A stretch of 32,000 nucleotides of DNA from Zymomonas mobilis subsp. mobilis ATCC 10988 (lineage in GTDB: Bacteria > Pseudomonadota > Alphaproteobacteria > Sphingomonadales > Sphingomonadaceae), in NCBI RefSeq assembly GCF_000175255.2, contig NC_017262.1, forward strand, positions 1,290,001 to 1,322,000, given 5' to 3'. Under the pieces are notes generated by a model. That model was not told the origin of the DNA. It saw nothing but the letters and a program-made list of their open reading frames with translations, and searched no databases. Of this stretch, positions 9,141-19,673 are shown piece after piece (position 1 is the first letter of the stretch; each line of letters starts with the position of its first letter). The translations under genes were made by a program, and so were the position numbers.

Positions 9141-10064
9141 ATGTCAGAAAAATCTGAAAATGAAGCGCGGATCGAAGATGAAAGCCTTATTCTCCGTTTC
9201 CTTGAAATGATGGCGGCGGAATCCGGCTCTTCTCCCAACACGCTTATGGCCTATGGCAGCGATCTAAGACTGGCTTCACAACAGCTTGAAAACGGTCTTG
9301 TCAAAGCTGATACAGATGATCTTGCCAGTCTGGGCGTTGTGTGGTCTGACTATGCCCGTAATACGGTTGCTAGAAAATCGGCAGCGCTAAAGCATTTTTA
9401 TCGTTTTTTGTTAGAAGAAGGCATGAGAACAGATGATCCGTCATCCTCTTTGCCTCATGCTGGTATTTCGCGGAATTTGCCCAAAATTCTGACAACGGCC
9501 GAGGTTGAACGGTTATTTGTCACCTTGCAACAACGTTACGAGCGTGCAGCAACCCCATCCACTTTACGGCTGATGGCTTTGGTCGAATTATTATATGGTT
9601 CTGGTTTAAGAGCCAGTGAACTGGTTTCTTTACCGAAACAGGCGTTTATCCGCAAACAGCCCTTTTTAATTTTGAAAGGAAAGGGTGGTCGTGAACGTCT
9701 GGTGCCGATATCAGATAGGGCAACGGATGCGGTCGCCGCGTGGCTGGTGCATGTGCCTGAAAAAAGCCTATGGCTTTTTCCTTCAGGAAAGGGGCATATT
9801 AGCCGGATCAGACTTTACCAGCTTATCAAAGAATTGGCTGTCGAAGCTGATTTACCACGCGAAAGAGTGAGTCCCCATGTCTTACGGCATGCTTTTGCAA
9901 CACATTTACTCGAAGGGGGAGCAGATTTGCGAGTCTTGCAGCTTTTATTAGGCCATGCGGATATCTCGACTACCCAGATTTATACCCATGTTGACAGCCA
10001 AAAATTGGTTGAATTAGTCAATTCACGTCATCCACTCGTTGACGTTCCTGTAAACGCAGCCTAA
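9141..10064 (+). CDS. xerD: site-specific tyrosine recombinase XerD
   Basis: 307 aa. The C-terminal catalytic region is [39 protein letters not shown], and an upstream ...GLRASEL... supplies the first Arg. An N-terminal SAM-like core-binding domain is present. The XerD versus XerC call rests on remembered xerD-accA synteny. Confidence 0.82.
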   Translation: MSEKSENEARIEDESLILRFLEMMAAESGSSPNTLMAYGSDLRLASQQLENGLVKADTDDLASLGVVWSDYARNTVARKSAALKHFYRFLLEEGMRTDDPSSSLPHAGISRNLPKILTTAEVERLFVTLQQRYERAATPSTLRLMALVELLYGSGLRASELVSLPKQAFIRKQPFLILKGKGGRERLVPISDRATDAVAAWLVHVPEKSLWLFPSGKGHISRIRLYQLIKELAVEADLPRERVSPHVLRHAFATHLLEGGADLRVLQLLLGHADISTTQIYTHVDSQKLVELVNSRHPLVDVPVNAA

Positions 10065-10074
10065 CCGAGCAATA

Positions 10075-11016
10075 ATGGTTTCTTATCTCGACTTTGAAAA
10101 GCCCGTAGCTGAGTTACAGACACGCATCGCTGAACTTCGCAAAGCTACTTCGGATGAAATGGATCTTGACCGTGAGATATCTGATCTCGAGGTCAAGGTG
10201 CAAAAACTGCTGCGTGATACATACGCACATCTGACGCCTTGGCAAAAAACACAGGTCGCCCGCCATCCCGAACGGCCTCACTTCCATGATTATATCTCGG
10301 CTTTGTGTGAAGAGTTTATTCCCTTGGCCGGTGATCGCCTTTTTGGTGAAGATGAAGCCATCATTGGGGGGCTTGCCCGTATAGATGGGCAGCGGGTCAT
10401 GATTATTGGCCAAGAAAAAGGCAATGATACCGCCAGCCGTCTTAAACATAATTTCGGCATGGCTCGTCCTGAAGGCTATCGCAAAGCTATCCGCTTAATG
10501 AAGCTAGCGGATCGTTTCGGTTTGCCGGTTATTACTCTGGTAGATACATCGGGGGCATTTCCGGGCATTGATGCCGAAGAACGGGGGCAGGCAGAAGCTA
10601 TTGCCCGTTCAACAGAAACCTGTTTGTCTCTAGGCGTGCCCCTGATCTCCGTTATCGTCGGGGAAGGTGGCTCTGGTGGTGCTATCGCTATCGCTGCGGC
10701 TAATCGTCTTTTGATGTTTGAACATGCGGTTTATTCTGTCATTTCCCCTGAAGGATGCGCTTCTATTCTATGGCGTGATGCAGGGAAGGCCAGTGATGCG
10801 GCAACAGCGATGAAGCTGACGGCCACTGACCTTTATGGTCTTGGTATTGTCGATCGTATTGTTCTCGAACCGGTCGGCGGCGCTCATCGTGACCCCAAAA
10901 CCGCGATTGACGCTCTTAAAATGGCGTTACTTCAAGAATTAGCTTTCTTAAAACCGATGGATCGTGATGCTTTGCGGTCAATGCGGCGTAAAAAATTCTT
11001 GGATATCGGGGGATAA
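10075..11016 (+). CDS. accA: acetyl-CoA carboxylase carboxyltransferase alpha subunit
   Basis: 313 aa with [24 protein letters not shown] and GEGGSGGA motifs. Confidence 0.97.
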   Translation: MVSYLDFEKPVAELQTRIAELRKATSDEMDLDREISDLEVKVQKLLRDTYAHLTPWQKTQVARHPERPHFHDYISALCEEFIPLAGDRLFGEDEAIIGGLARIDGQRVMIIGQEKGNDTASRLKHNFGMARPEGYRKAIRLMKLADRFGLPVITLVDTSGAFPGIDAEERGQAEAIARSTETCLSLGVPLISVIVGEGGSGGAIAIAAANRLLMFEHAVYSVISPEGCASILWRDAGKASDAATAMKLTATDLYGLGIVDRIVLEPVGGAHRDPKTAIDALKMALLQELAFLKPMDRDALRSMRRKKFLDIGG

Positions 11017-11045
11017 TTCGGCTTTCCTCCGAATTTCGAATCTAT

Positions 11046-11093
11046 AGCCTGTCCGTAACGGCATTTCTAAAATGAAATCGGACAGGCTTTTTT
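11046..11093 (+). terminator. rho-independent terminator after accA
   Basis: AGCCTGTCCG (11046-11055) pairs with CGGACAGGCT (11079-11088). An inner CATTT/AAATG pairing extends the stem, and a T6 run follows. Confidence 0.7.
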
Positions 11094-11276
11094 CTGTCTA
11101 GCCTTTCCGGCCTACGTCGCTAGAATATTCTACAGGCTCTGTTTTTGCGTCCGAGAAAAAACAGCGTGGAATTGGCAAAAGCAATCAATTCTTCATAAAT
11201 AAAATGCACTCTATCTTTTCTTTTTCTATAAAGTGATTTGATTGACCTTTTTTGTTCGTTCAGCGATGAAATATGT

Positions 11277-13712
11277 ATGAAATCTGCCATATTTTCTTAT
11301 TTGGCTGGAATTAAAAATATTCCTGCAACCAGATGGCTTGTGATAGCCTTTTTAATCATTTCCTTTTTTTGTTTTTTTGTTTTTGGATGGGTTATCGGGG
11401 ACTTACGCCTTTTATTTTTATCGTTAGTGACTTATTTCGGGATTACTTTTTTTATTCTGCTTTCTCGAAAAAAAACCTTTATCTCTCCTAATATTCATTC
11501 AACTTCCCAGTTGCCAGATCTGGCCTTACTTCATTCCATTATTGATAGTGATAAAGCCGCCGTCGCTATTAGCGACCGTTCTGGACAAATGCTGGCTTCA
11601 AATGCGGCTTATAATCACGCTTTTCCTTCTTTGCTTTTACCCGATCAATTTGACCTACCACCAGAAACGCGGCAATCGCTTGATAAAGCCTTGCGTCTTG
11701 TTTGGCGTAATGGTGGTGCCAATTTGACATGGCAATCCGCTAATCGGCAGATTTATACGCTCTCAATCCGCAGGGCAGGCATCCATCATAATTATCTTAT
11801 ATGGCGGATTCAGTCGCAACATCCTATTCCTGAAGGCGAGACCCTATCGGCTTTAATCGAAGGCCATTTAGGCCGGCTTTTTGCAGAAGCGGGTATTATA
11901 GCCGTTTTGCTGGACGAAAAAGGCCGGATTGTTATGACTAATCCTGTTTTCAATTTCAGAAGCACCGGTCAGATCGACAGCGATATAAAAGGCGCTGACT
12001 TTTTATCTTTTTTTCAGGTTAATCGTCATGGACAGTTTTTCTTTAAAAATGCAGGCGAAAAAGAGCATCCTGTTCATTTTGTTAAAATAGATATCGCCTC
12101 GAACACCTCCAAGAGGCATCTCAAAGGTCAGCATTATGCCGAATTTAATCTGATCTTATTACTGGACGAGGTTCAAAATAGCGATCAAACAGGACAAGAT
12201 TATCTCGATATTATCGGACGATTACTCCCTGTCTTACCTTATAATTTAGCTATTATCGGGGCAGATGGCCAAGTCCTATTGATGAATCCGCCGATGTCCC
12301 GCATTACAGGAATGTCGCTCCGACAATTCGTCATGTATCCAAGCGATTGGGTCGTGCAAGAGGATAAAGCCGCTGTTGCCGATGCGGTTCGGCGTTATTC
12401 TTCGGGGCGCGCTCTTTCCGGTGAGATCTCTGTCAGATTGATCGCCAAGCCAGAAGAAACGGTTATTCTGACGCTAACTGGTATCCGTCATCTGGGTGAA
12501 TCTGCCTTGATGATAAGTTTGCAGGAATCCGCCAGCGAAAATGAAATCAAGCAACAAATGGCACAAACCACCCGAATGCAGGCTATCGGACAGTTGGCAG
12601 GTGGTGTGGCGCATGATTTCAATAATATTTTGACAGCTATCATCGGTTATTGTGATGTGATGCGTATGCGTCATGTCCCGGGCGACAGTGACTATGATGA
12701 TATTCAACAGATCAGACATAACAGTAATCGGGCAGCTGCTTTAACCCGACAATTACTGGCTTTTTCCCGTCAGCAGACAATGCGACCTCAAATATTGCAA
12801 CTCCCTGATGTTATTTCAGAGATTTCCAATCTTTTGAAGCGGCTATTGGGTGAAAAAATCTTGCTGACAGTCAAGCATGGTCGCAATTTGGGTTTAGTCA
12901 GAGCCGATCCCGGACAATTAGAACAGGTTATTGTTAATCTCGCGGTAAATGCTCGTGATGCCATGCTGGATAGTCGCGAAGAACGGCATCTCACTATTCA
13001 AACATACCGCGTATTAGCTGAAGAATCTTCTAGGAAAAGGCATCATGCCATTCCTCCTGCGGATTATACCGCCTTGGCCATATCGGATACGGGAAGCGGT
13101 ATTCCTCCCGAAATTTTGAACAAAATATTCGAGCCTTTTTTCACAACGAAAGAGGTCGGCAAGGGAACCGGATTAGGTCTGGCAACTGTTTATGGCATTG
13201 TAAGGCAATCCGGCGGCTTTATCTTTGCCGATTCCGAATTAGGCGTTGGTACCTGTTTTACGATTTATCTCCCTATTTACGAAGGCGAATTACCTCAAAA
13301 AGAAATTTCGCCACAAGATACTCCAACCCCCTCTATGGTCTGGGGAAGCGGTAAAATATTGTTAGTCGAAGATGAAGAAACTGTCCGTAACGTTGCCAGT
13401 TTTGGATTAGTGCGGCAGGGCTATGAAGTCTTAACGGCAGAAAATGGCGAAGAAGCGCTGTCTATCCTAAGAAAAAATCCTGAAATTGACCTCCTGATTT
13501 CTGATGTCGTCATGCCGGGTATGGATGGGCCTCGTTTGGGCAGCGAAGCCCGCAAAATCAAATCGGATTTACCTGTTCTGTTTATTTCGGGATATGCAGA
13601 AGAACAGTTAAGACGCTCGATCAGCCTTGAGCATGTCGCCTTTTTACCCAAACCGTTTTCTATTCAGGATTTAGCCGTTGCTGTCAGTAAAGTTCTCAAG
13701 AAGGCAGGATAA
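11277..13712 (+). CDS. hybrid sensor histidine kinase/response regulator (2 TM, PAS, HisKA, HATPase_c, REC); CckA-like
   Basis: The first ATG at 11277 gives 811 aa. There are two N-terminal TM helices. The H-box is [20 protein letters not shown], the N/G boxes are [10 protein letters not shown] and DTGSGIPPE...[13 protein letters not shown], and the receiver is ILLVEDEE...[13 protein letters not shown]...KPF. The architecture matches alpha-proteobacterial CckA, but many hybrid kinases share it. Confidence 0.9.
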   Translation: MKSAIFSYLAGIKNIPATRWLVIAFLIISFFCFFVFGWVIGDLRLLFLSLVTYFGITFFILLSRKKTFISPNIHSTSQLPDLALLHSIIDSDKAAVAISDRSGQMLASNAAYNHAFPSLLLPDQFDLPPETRQSLDKALRLVWRNGGANLTWQSANRQIYTLSIRRAGIHHNYLIWRIQSQHPIPEGETLSALIEGHLGRLFAEAGIIAVLLDEKGRIVMTNPVFNFRSTGQIDSDIKGADFLSFFQVNRHGQFFFKNAGEKEHPVHFVKIDIASNTSKRHLKGQHYAEFNLILLLDEVQNSDQTGQDYLDIIGRLLPVLPYNLAIIGADGQVLLMNPPMSRITGMSLRQFVMYPSDWVVQEDKAAVADAVRRYSSGRALSGEISVRLIAKPEETVILTLTGIRHLGESALMISLQESASENEIKQQMAQTTRMQAIGQLAGGVAHDFNNILTAIIGYCDVMRMRHVPGDSDYDDIQQIRHNSNRAAALTRQLLAFSRQQTMRPQILQLPDVISEISNLLKRLLGEKILLTVKHGRNLGLVRADPGQLEQVIVNLAVNARDAMLDSREERHLTIQTYRVLAEESSRKRHHAIPPADYTALAISDTGSGIPPEILNKIFEPFFTTKEVGKGTGLGLATVYGIVRQSGGFIFADSELGVGTCFTIYLPIYEGELPQKEISPQDTPTPSMVWGSGKILLVEDEETVRNVASFGLVRQGYEVLTAENGEEALSILRKNPEIDLLISDVVMPGMDGPRLGSEARKIKSDLPVLFISGYAEEQLRRSISLEHVAFLPKPFSIQDLAVAVSKVLKKAG

Positions 13713-13825
13713 TCTTTTCTAAGAATAATTTGTTTGAAGAGAGTCCTTCTTTCTTCTGACTTTTCCGATGACAGCTATAAAATGCCGAGGTTCCATTGAA
13801 AAAGGATATAAATTAAAATTTGAAA

Positions 13826-14652
13826 GGGTCATTTCAAATAAAGTTTTTGCGCGGCAGGTAGGATGTGTGGAGATCTAACAGATGCGGAATGGAAGATGAT
13901 AGAAAGGCCTTCTTCCTAGCGACGGCGGACGCTGAGCACAGCCGACAAAAAATAATCGGTTATTTTTCAATGCTATGCTTTATGCCCTTCGAACAGGTTA
14001 TTCATGGTAAGATATGCATGAACGCTATAGGAAATAAATTCGGTCTATGTTCGGTTCAAGAGATGGACAGAATAAAGTATCTGGGATGCTCGTTTGGACA
14101 GTTTGGCTGACCTTGGCCTGACGAATGTGACGGGCAAATATTGATAGAGAGCACGGTCATTCGCGCTCACAATCAAGCAGCTGGCGCAAAAGGGGATACA
14201 TAAGAAAAATTTCGGTCGAAGGGGCGGTAGTTTGACGAGCAAGACCTATGCCTGTTTCGATTTAAAGATTAAGGACGCCCTGTCGCTTTCGAACTGACAG
14301 GCAGTGAAGTCTCCGATTATTCTGGAGCCAATAAGCTTGATAGCTATTCCTGTCGCAACGCCCCAGCCTTTTCTCGCCACTAGGCTATGATAGCGACAGA
14401 TTGCAGGAAAAACTGCTTTTTGAGGCATCCTTCCTGTTATCTCACCGCTGTTCCAATCGAAAAAAGCATATTCCTTGCGATCTTCAATCTTACAAAGATC
14501 GTGATCGTATCGAGCGAATATTCAATAAGTTAAGGCCGTTCAGACGTATCGCCACATGCTATAACAAAGCCAGACAAGCCTTCATCACCTTCCTATATAT
14601 ATTATATACCGCGGCTGAAAAATTGCGGTCTATTTTTGTTAACAGAACCTAA
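13826..14652 (+). mobile_element. heavily decayed IS5-family (IS427-like) element with multiply frameshifted transposase pseudogene
   Basis: Fragments are readable in three frames: DLTDAEWKMIE; AMLYALRTGYSW; IDSTVIRAHNQAAGAKG (own translation); and YKDRDRIERIFNKLRPFRRIATCYNK (track ORF 14401-14652). Many stops and frameshifts interrupt them. The right end TAACAGAACCTAA matches the end of the second IS copy. The left boundary is approximate (weak IR GGGTCATTTCAAATAAAG). Confidence 0.7.
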
Positions 14653-14703
14653 TGTCGCCCAATATTTTTTACGGAAAAACAAACTTCAAATAACGCCCCA
14701 AAG

Positions 14704-14733
14704 GGGGATGAGCCTTTAAAAGGCTTACATCCC
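14704..14733 (-). terminator. hairpin downstream of motB (possible terminator)
   Basis: GGGATG/CATCCC outer and AGCC/GGCT inner pairings lie 40 nt after the motB stop. Only a short T tract follows on the minus strand. Confidence 0.35.
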
Positions 14734-14773
14734 TCTCAATGAGAATACTTTCTTCAAAACCGAACATCAGACC

Positions 14774-15754
14774 TTATTTCGAGACTTTTTTATCCGAAGG
14801 CGTGTTTATTTTGACAACTGCTTTATGTTCTTCCGGTGTCGGGTCGGAATGACCAGAAGTCGGTGAAACCGGATGACTCCGGGCATCATCGCTATTAAGC
14901 CAGCTAAGCGTAATAGACATACGACGGTTTCGTGGATCCATCCGATTTTCGGGGACATAAGGTTCGCGATCAGCAACCCCTTCAATCCGGTCGAAACGGT
15001 TTATATCAACTCCACCGGCAATAAGACCACGACGGGTTGCATCCGCACGAGCAGCTGACAAGGTCCAGTTATTGACATTTTGACCCGAAGCATAGGGCAG
15101 GGCGTCGGTATGTCCCCGAACAATAATCATATTCGGAACATCTTTGATAACCCGCGCAACCTCGGCAATAAGTTTCTGTGCTGCAGGGACCATATTCTCT
15201 GTGCCAAGGGTAAACATGGCAAAATCAGATTGGTCAACAAGGTCGATGCGCAAGCCTTCGCGCGTCTCAACCAGACGAACGCTTTGCTGTAATCGGGCAA
15301 GACTTGGGTCTTTTTTCATATGCTCTTCAAGCATTTCGCGCAGCTTTTCGAAACGCTGCCGATCATTCTGTTTAATGATCTCTTTCGCTTGAGCAATAAC
15401 GTCAGGATTTTTCGCAACCAACTTTTGCCCATTAGGGGCTAGTTTCGAATGGGTTGGCATATCTTGAGGTGCCGTGATGGAATCCCCCTTCAAGAATCCC
15501 ATACCTCCATCTGATCCCGCTGCGCTTTCTGGTGTCAGAGATGGATTAAAATAGTCGGCAATACCTTTACGCTCTTTTTCGTTGGTAGCACCCAAAAGCC
15601 ATAACAACAGAAAGAAGGCCATCATGGCCGTCACAAAGTCGGCATAAGCGACTTTCCACGCGCCGCCATGGTGACCACCATGCCCTTCGTCAATAATCTT
15701 TTTGACGATAATGGGGCGTATTTCTGGCTCGTTTTTGTTGCTTTTTCTTGCCAC
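14774..15754 (-). CDS. motB: flagellar motor stator protein MotB
   Basis: 326 aa. The TM segment carries the essential Asp (WKVAYADFVTAMMAFFLLLWLL). The OmpA-like C-domain contains RGHTDALPY...NNWTLSAARADATRR...NRRMSI. Confidence 0.93.
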   Translation of the reverse strand: MARKSNKNEPEIRPIIVKKIIDEGHGGHHGGAWKVAYADFVTAMMAFFLLLWLLGATNEKERKGIADYFNPSLTPESAAGSDGGMGFLKGDSITAPQDMPTHSKLAPNGQKLVAKNPDVIAQAKEIIKQNDRQRFEKLREMLEEHMKKDPSLARLQQSVRLVETREGLRIDLVDQSDFAMFTLGTENMVPAAQKLIAEVARVIKDVPNMIIVRGHTDALPYASGQNVNNWTLSAARADATRRGLIAGGVDINRFDRIEGVADREPYVPENRMDPRNRRMSITLSWLNSDDARSHPVSPTSGHSDPTPEEHKAVVKINTPSDKKVSK

Positions 15755-15805
15755 CGTCTTTTGCCTTCGGATTTAATGCCTTGTTATCAACTCGGAATTC
15801 AAGGC

Positions 15806-16669
15806 TTAACGCCCACGCATTCCATCAAATATTTCGGCAAATTCTGGTTTATTCTCTTCTGGAATATCCGAGCGTGCCGCTTCAATAACCAGAGGAAGAG
15901 GATGCCCTTGCATGGATGAAATAATCATCTGCTTAATGACCTGATAAATATGGGCATCTGAATCAATCACGGCGCGGCAACGGTTAGCCATAGGGGCAAC
16001 AATACCGTAAGCGAGCAACACACCAAGGAAGGTTCCGACCAAGGCTGAACCAATCATCGCACCCAGAATAGGCGGTGGCTGGTCAATGGAGCCCATGGTT
16101 TTAACCACACCCAAAACAGCGGCAACAATACCGAAAGCCGGCAAAGCCTCTGAAAGATTTTGAAGAATATCAGCCGGTAGAGAGGTCTCGCTATGATGGG
16201 TCTTGATCGTATTATCAATGACATCTTCAACAGCATTCGGATCAAGCGTTCCTGAAGAAACCACAACCAGCCTTAGCGTATCCGTGATAAGGCTAACCAA
16301 GGTTTTATCCGTCAATAATTTCGGATATTCTGCAAAAAAAGCACTGGATTCAGGGTTTTCGACATGGCTTTCTAATGCCACTGGACCTTCAGTCCGAAGG
16401 GTGCGCATCAGCTTTCCGACAAGGAAAATCGTATTTTGATAATCTTCCTTGTTGAATTTGGGACCTTTAAAAACAGATTTGAACCCGCCTAGCAAAAGTT
16501 TCAATTCAAGCATCGAGTTACCGGCAACGACACTACCCACCGAGGCGCCACCAATAACAATCAATTCATGCGGAATAGCTTCCAACACTGGCCCCAGATG
16601 GCCACCCGTAATAGCAAAGCCACCGAATACCATGACCAGCAAGATGGTAAAGCCGATTGCCGCAAACAT
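15806..16669 (-). CDS. motA: flagellar motor stator protein MotA
   Basis: 287 aa with 4 TM helices. The TM3/TM4 motifs are LPAFGIVAAVLGVV and ALVGTFLGVLLAYGIVAPMA. An SD GGGAAAGG precedes the ATG. Confidence 0.95.
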   Translation of the reverse strand: MFAAIGFTILLVMVFGGFAITGGHLGPVLEAIPHELIVIGGASVGSVVAGNSMLELKLLLGGFKSVFKGPKFNKEDYQNTIFLVGKLMRTLRTEGPVALESHVENPESSAFFAEYPKLLTDKTLVSLITDTLRLVVVSSGTLDPNAVEDVIDNTIKTHHSETSLPADILQNLSEALPAFGIVAAVLGVVKTMGSIDQPPPILGAMIGSALVGTFLGVLLAYGIVAPMANRCRAVIDSDAHIYQVIKQMIISSMQGHPLPLVIEAARSDIPEENKPEFAEIFDGMRGR

Positions 16670-16760
16670 GAAAAACCTTTCCCTCGGGTTATGTCTATTC
16701 CCGATTTATAATTATCAAATATTTAAGCTGCCTTTTCACAAAGACAGGGCGGCAAGTAAA

Positions 16761-16822
16761 TACAGCCTATTCAGAATATTTTAAGGTTAGAGATATTAAA
16801 ATATTCTTAGCATAAGGCTGTA
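16761..16822 (-). terminator. long AT-rich imperfect hairpin after flgL (possible terminator, T-run on plus side)
   Basis: TACAGCCT...AGAATATTTTA pairs with TAAAATATTCT...AGGCTGTA. It is flanked by TTTTT on the plus strand and TTTACTT on the minus strand, and lies between the flgL stop (16872) and the motA start (16669). Confidence 0.4.
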
Positions 16823-16871
16823 TTTTTAAACCGATATTTTTGTCAATTATTTGAAGCTATCTAATCAGCTA

Positions 16872-17729
16872 TTATCCAAGTTTATCGAAAAGAGACGATT
16901 TGGCTACGACTGAAAAGACATCTTGCTGTGCTTCTAATTGGGTCTGACTTGCCACAATCTCAGGTAAAACTTCCTTGTAATCAACTTCTTCATAAGATGA
17001 TTTTGTCGTTTTCATTGTGAGCGCTTGGTTGGCAAGGCGGTTATCCTGATCGCTAATCTGGGTAGCCAGAACACTCTGCTGACCCTGTGCATCAGACATA
17101 TGAGAGATTGCATCCTGTATCTGATTAAGCGCATCACCCATTGCACTTGAATCATTATTTTTGATCGCAGTTTGCGTATTCTGTAACAGAGTCGAAAGAT
17201 CAACGGTTGAACCTGCGCTACTGCCAGAGCTAGCAGTAAAGTTAAAAACCTGAGATTGCGTAAGGGTTGCCGCAACCGAACGGCTGTCACCAATCGGATA
17301 GGTAATCAACTGACTACTATTGGCAGGAAATAGCGAATTACCATTGGTATCAGTTGTCGTTTTGTAGCTGTCTATCTGGTCTGTCGCGGTGCTAATTTCT
17401 TTAGCTAAAATGTCACGAGTAGAAGATGAACTGGTGCCATTCATTGCCTGCTGCAACTTGTTCTGGATGGAACTAAGCTGCGTTGAGATATCGGATAAAG
17501 CCGCATTGGACTGATCAGAAACGGCAGTCGCTGTTGAGACATTTTTCTGATAAGCGGTATTCCCGCTCAAGCTGCGCCGTAAGGTGTCAATCTGTTGAGA
17601 AGCAACCGGATCATCAGAGGGCTGCTGTATCTTTTTTTTTGTATTAACTTGATTCTGATAGCTGGCGATCGCGCTATCAGTAGATAGCATGCTACTGATA
17701 GAAGAATTAATACCAAACATGGTTGTCAT
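16872..17729 (-). CDS. flgL: flagellar hook-associated protein 3 (hook-filament junction) FlgL
   Basis: 285 aa with a flagellin-like N-terminal segment containing the PSDDPVAS motif, a C-terminal coiled segment, and a position after flgK. Confidence 0.85.
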   Translation of the reverse strand: MTTMFGINSSISSMLSTDSAIASYQNQVNTKKKIQQPSDDPVASQQIDTLRRSLSGNTAYQKNVSTATAVSDQSNAALSDISTQLSSIQNKLQQAMNGTSSSSTRDILAKEISTATDQIDSYKTTTDTNGNSLFPANSSQLITYPIGDSRSVAATLTQSQVFNFTASSGSSAGSTVDLSTLLQNTQTAIKNNDSSAMGDALNQIQDAISHMSDAQGQQSVLATQISDQDNRLANQALTMKTTKSSYEEVDYKEVLPEIVASQTQLEAQQDVFSVVAKSSLFDKLG

Positions 17730-17743
17730 TAGTCTAACCCTTC

Positions 17744-19120
17744 CTAGAACAGTTCAAGAATAGCTTGCATGGTAGTCTGCGCCGTCTGCAATATTTTTGC
17801 AGAAGCATTATAAGCCTGTTGGTAACGCAGAAGTTGAGCCGCTTCGGTGCTTAAATCGACACCTGACAAGCTATCGCGCGTTTTCGCAGCAGTATTATAT
17901 AAATTCTTTGTATTGGTGGCGTTTGTTGCAGCCGAAGATGTTGCCTGAGCATTATTGCTTACAAGGGTTGCATAATTGGCTTCGATACCGTTGCTGCCCC
18001 TTAAAGCACTGGAAACATTCTGAAGGTTTCCATTCGGGCTAGAGCTGTTTGCGCTCGCAATCTTGCTACCATCAGACGTTGTTGTCGCAATCGTGGTGGC
18101 ATCACCATCTGTAATGGTCAGCAGATCACCGCCTGCTGCACCGGAAGGTGTTGTGCCTTGGCTATTCCACGCATTGACCTGCGTTACAAAATCGCTTGCC
18201 GCGCTATTAAGGCTACTACGTTCATCAGCGACTGTAGATGCAACTGTTACCAAGCCGCTAAGAGAACCGCCTGCGCTATTGCTCATATCGCGGTTATTAT
18301 TGCTATTAAGAGCGTCTTTCACCCCAATAGTCAATTTACCAGACGAATCCATAGAAGCCGTAAACGATCCAGCCATCTGACCTGCTGCCGTGCTCGACAA
18401 CAGGGTTTGACCATTACTGGTGCCGCTTAAAGTAATTTTGACGGTACCGTTGGAGGCAATATCTGCGTTAATACCGATTTTAGAGGATAAATCGTCTAAT
18501 AACTGGTCACGCTGATCAGCAAGGCCTGCAGCTGAATCGGTACCACTCGGGGTGCGGATGATTGCTGCGTTGACCTTTGCCAAGGTTTTAAGATCTGAGT
18601 TGATAACGGATACGCTACCATCAGCCTCATCTTTAATCCCGTCAGAGACATTTTTTAGATTCGAAGCAGAATAGCTTATCGCTTTAGCTGAATCGTTAAG
18701 CGCACTTATCGATGCGGCCTGCTGCGTTGCATTGGTCGGATTCGATGCCAGAGTAGTCAGACTAGTGAAAAAGGATGTCAGCTCGCTGTCTGTCCCAGTA
18801 TCTCCACTATTCAAAGCCGTTTCAGCAGAAGACATCCAACGCGAAACGGCACTGGCTTCGCCCGCATCGCTAGCCGTGTTTCTGACATGGGTTGCTGCAA
18901 AACCATCCCATGCCCGTGTAACAGACTGGGTTGTAACCCCATTACCACTGACCTGATTAAGGCCAAGGATTCCACTACCACCATTAGGGGCTTCAATCAG
19001 AGAAACATCGCGTCTTGCGTAACCAGTGGTGCTTGCATTGGAAACGTTTTCGCCGATAACGTCTATTGCCTTACCGTAGTTAAGGACGCCAGAAGCTCCA
19101 ATTTGAAGAATATCGCTCAT
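17744..19120 (-). CDS. flgK: flagellar hook-associated protein 1 FlgK
   Basis: 458 aa. The N-terminus is MSDILQIGASGVL...IGENVSNASTTGYARR and the C-terminus is LSGVDLSTEAAQLLRYQQAYNASAKILQTAQTTMQAILEL, both typical of FlgK. Confidence 0.92.
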   Translation of the reverse strand: MSDILQIGASGVLNYGKAIDVIGENVSNASTTGYARRDVSLIEAPNGGSGILGLNQVSGNGVTTQSVTRAWDGFAATHVRNTASDAGEASAVSRWMSSAETALNSGDTGTDSELTSFFTSLTTLASNPTNATQQAASISALNDSAKAISYSASNLKNVSDGIKDEADGSVSVINSDLKTLAKVNAAIIRTPSGTDSAAGLADQRDQLLDDLSSKIGINADIASNGTVKITLSGTSNGQTLLSSTAAGQMAGSFTASMDSSGKLTIGVKDALNSNNNRDMSNSAGGSLSGLVTVASTVADERSSLNSAASDFVTQVNAWNSQGTTPSGAAGGDLLTITDGDATTIATTTSDGSKIASANSSSPNGNLQNVSSALRGSNGIEANYATLVSNNAQATSSAATNATNTKNLYNTAAKTRDSLSGVDLSTEAAQLLRYQQAYNASAKILQTAQTTMQAILELF

Positions 19121-19200
19121 ATCGTTTCACTTATCCTGTCACCACGCCGCGCAAGGTATGGGATACCAACCGCATTAGTTCTTTTGTTATTCTACGGCTT

Positions 19201-19227
19201 AATGGCCAAATTTTTTAGAAAAATTAT
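19201..19227 (-). promoter_or_regulatory. candidate sigma-28 (FliA)-type promoter upstream of flgK
   Basis: The minus strand reads TAAA-N15-GCCGTAGA against the remembered consensus TAAA-N15-GCCGATAA. Spacing is correct and 5 of 8 positions match in the -10. It lies 81 nt upstream of the flgK ATG. Confidence 0.3.
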
Positions 19228-19280
19228 GTCAATTATTACTAAATAAAGAACTACGGCAGTAATAATCACACTGACCAAAG

Positions 19281-19673
19281 TTAGCTATTGGTTGCGGCCG
19301 TTCCATCCGTAGCAACCTGCCCACCCATTTGCTGGATTAACATAGCCGCAATGCCATGCTTCCCTGAATGAGCAGCAAGATTTTCTGCAAGTTTAGCATC
19401 CTGCATATCTCGGAATTGATCGCCAGCATCATTGCCAAAAGGATCGTCATCAGAGAGAGAGGCTTTCCGCATTCCAGAAAGCATTTGCCGATTAAAAATA
19501 GCTTCGAATTTTTGGGCGACCGCTGCCACGCCGGTTTTACCCTTTGCGGCAGCCGCTTCTCCATATGCCTTGGTTGCAGAAGCCGATGCCCCATTCGAAG
19601 CCATCGTATTTTGACTGACTGCCAAGCTGGCAGCCAAATCTTGGGCGTTCGTAATTTTTGAAATACTGCTCAT
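19281..19673 (-). CDS. flgJ: flagellar rod-binding protein (FlgJ N-terminal domain only, no muramidase domain)
   Basis: 130 aa. The central FEAIFNRQMLSGMRKA...FGNDAGDQFRDMQDAKLAENLA resembles the FlgJ rod-binding domain. Its start overlaps the flgI stop (ATGA). Confidence 0.8.
   Translation of the reverse strand: MSSISKITNAQDLAASLAVSQNTMASNGASASATKAYGEAAAAKGKTGVAAVAQKFEAIFNRQMLSGMRKASLSDDDPFGNDAGDQFRDMQDAKLAENLAAHSGKHGIAAMLIQQMGGQVATDGTAATNS

Noticed and set aside
13871-13882. 12-nt match (AGATCTAACAGA) between the 5' coding part of the first IS relic and the terminal repeat of the second IS.
   Set aside because: In the first relic it falls inside the conserved DLTDAEW coding segment in the wrong orientation for an end. 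It is most simply a coincidence or family-level sequence relatedness, not an extra IS terminus.
13865-14652. Track ORFs 13865-14110, 14401-14652 (plus) and 14045-14242, 14246-14428 (minus) taken as independent genes.
   Set aside because: The plus-strand ORFs are fragments of one frameshifted IS5-family transposase pseudogene. The minus-strand ORFs are antisense shadows of it.
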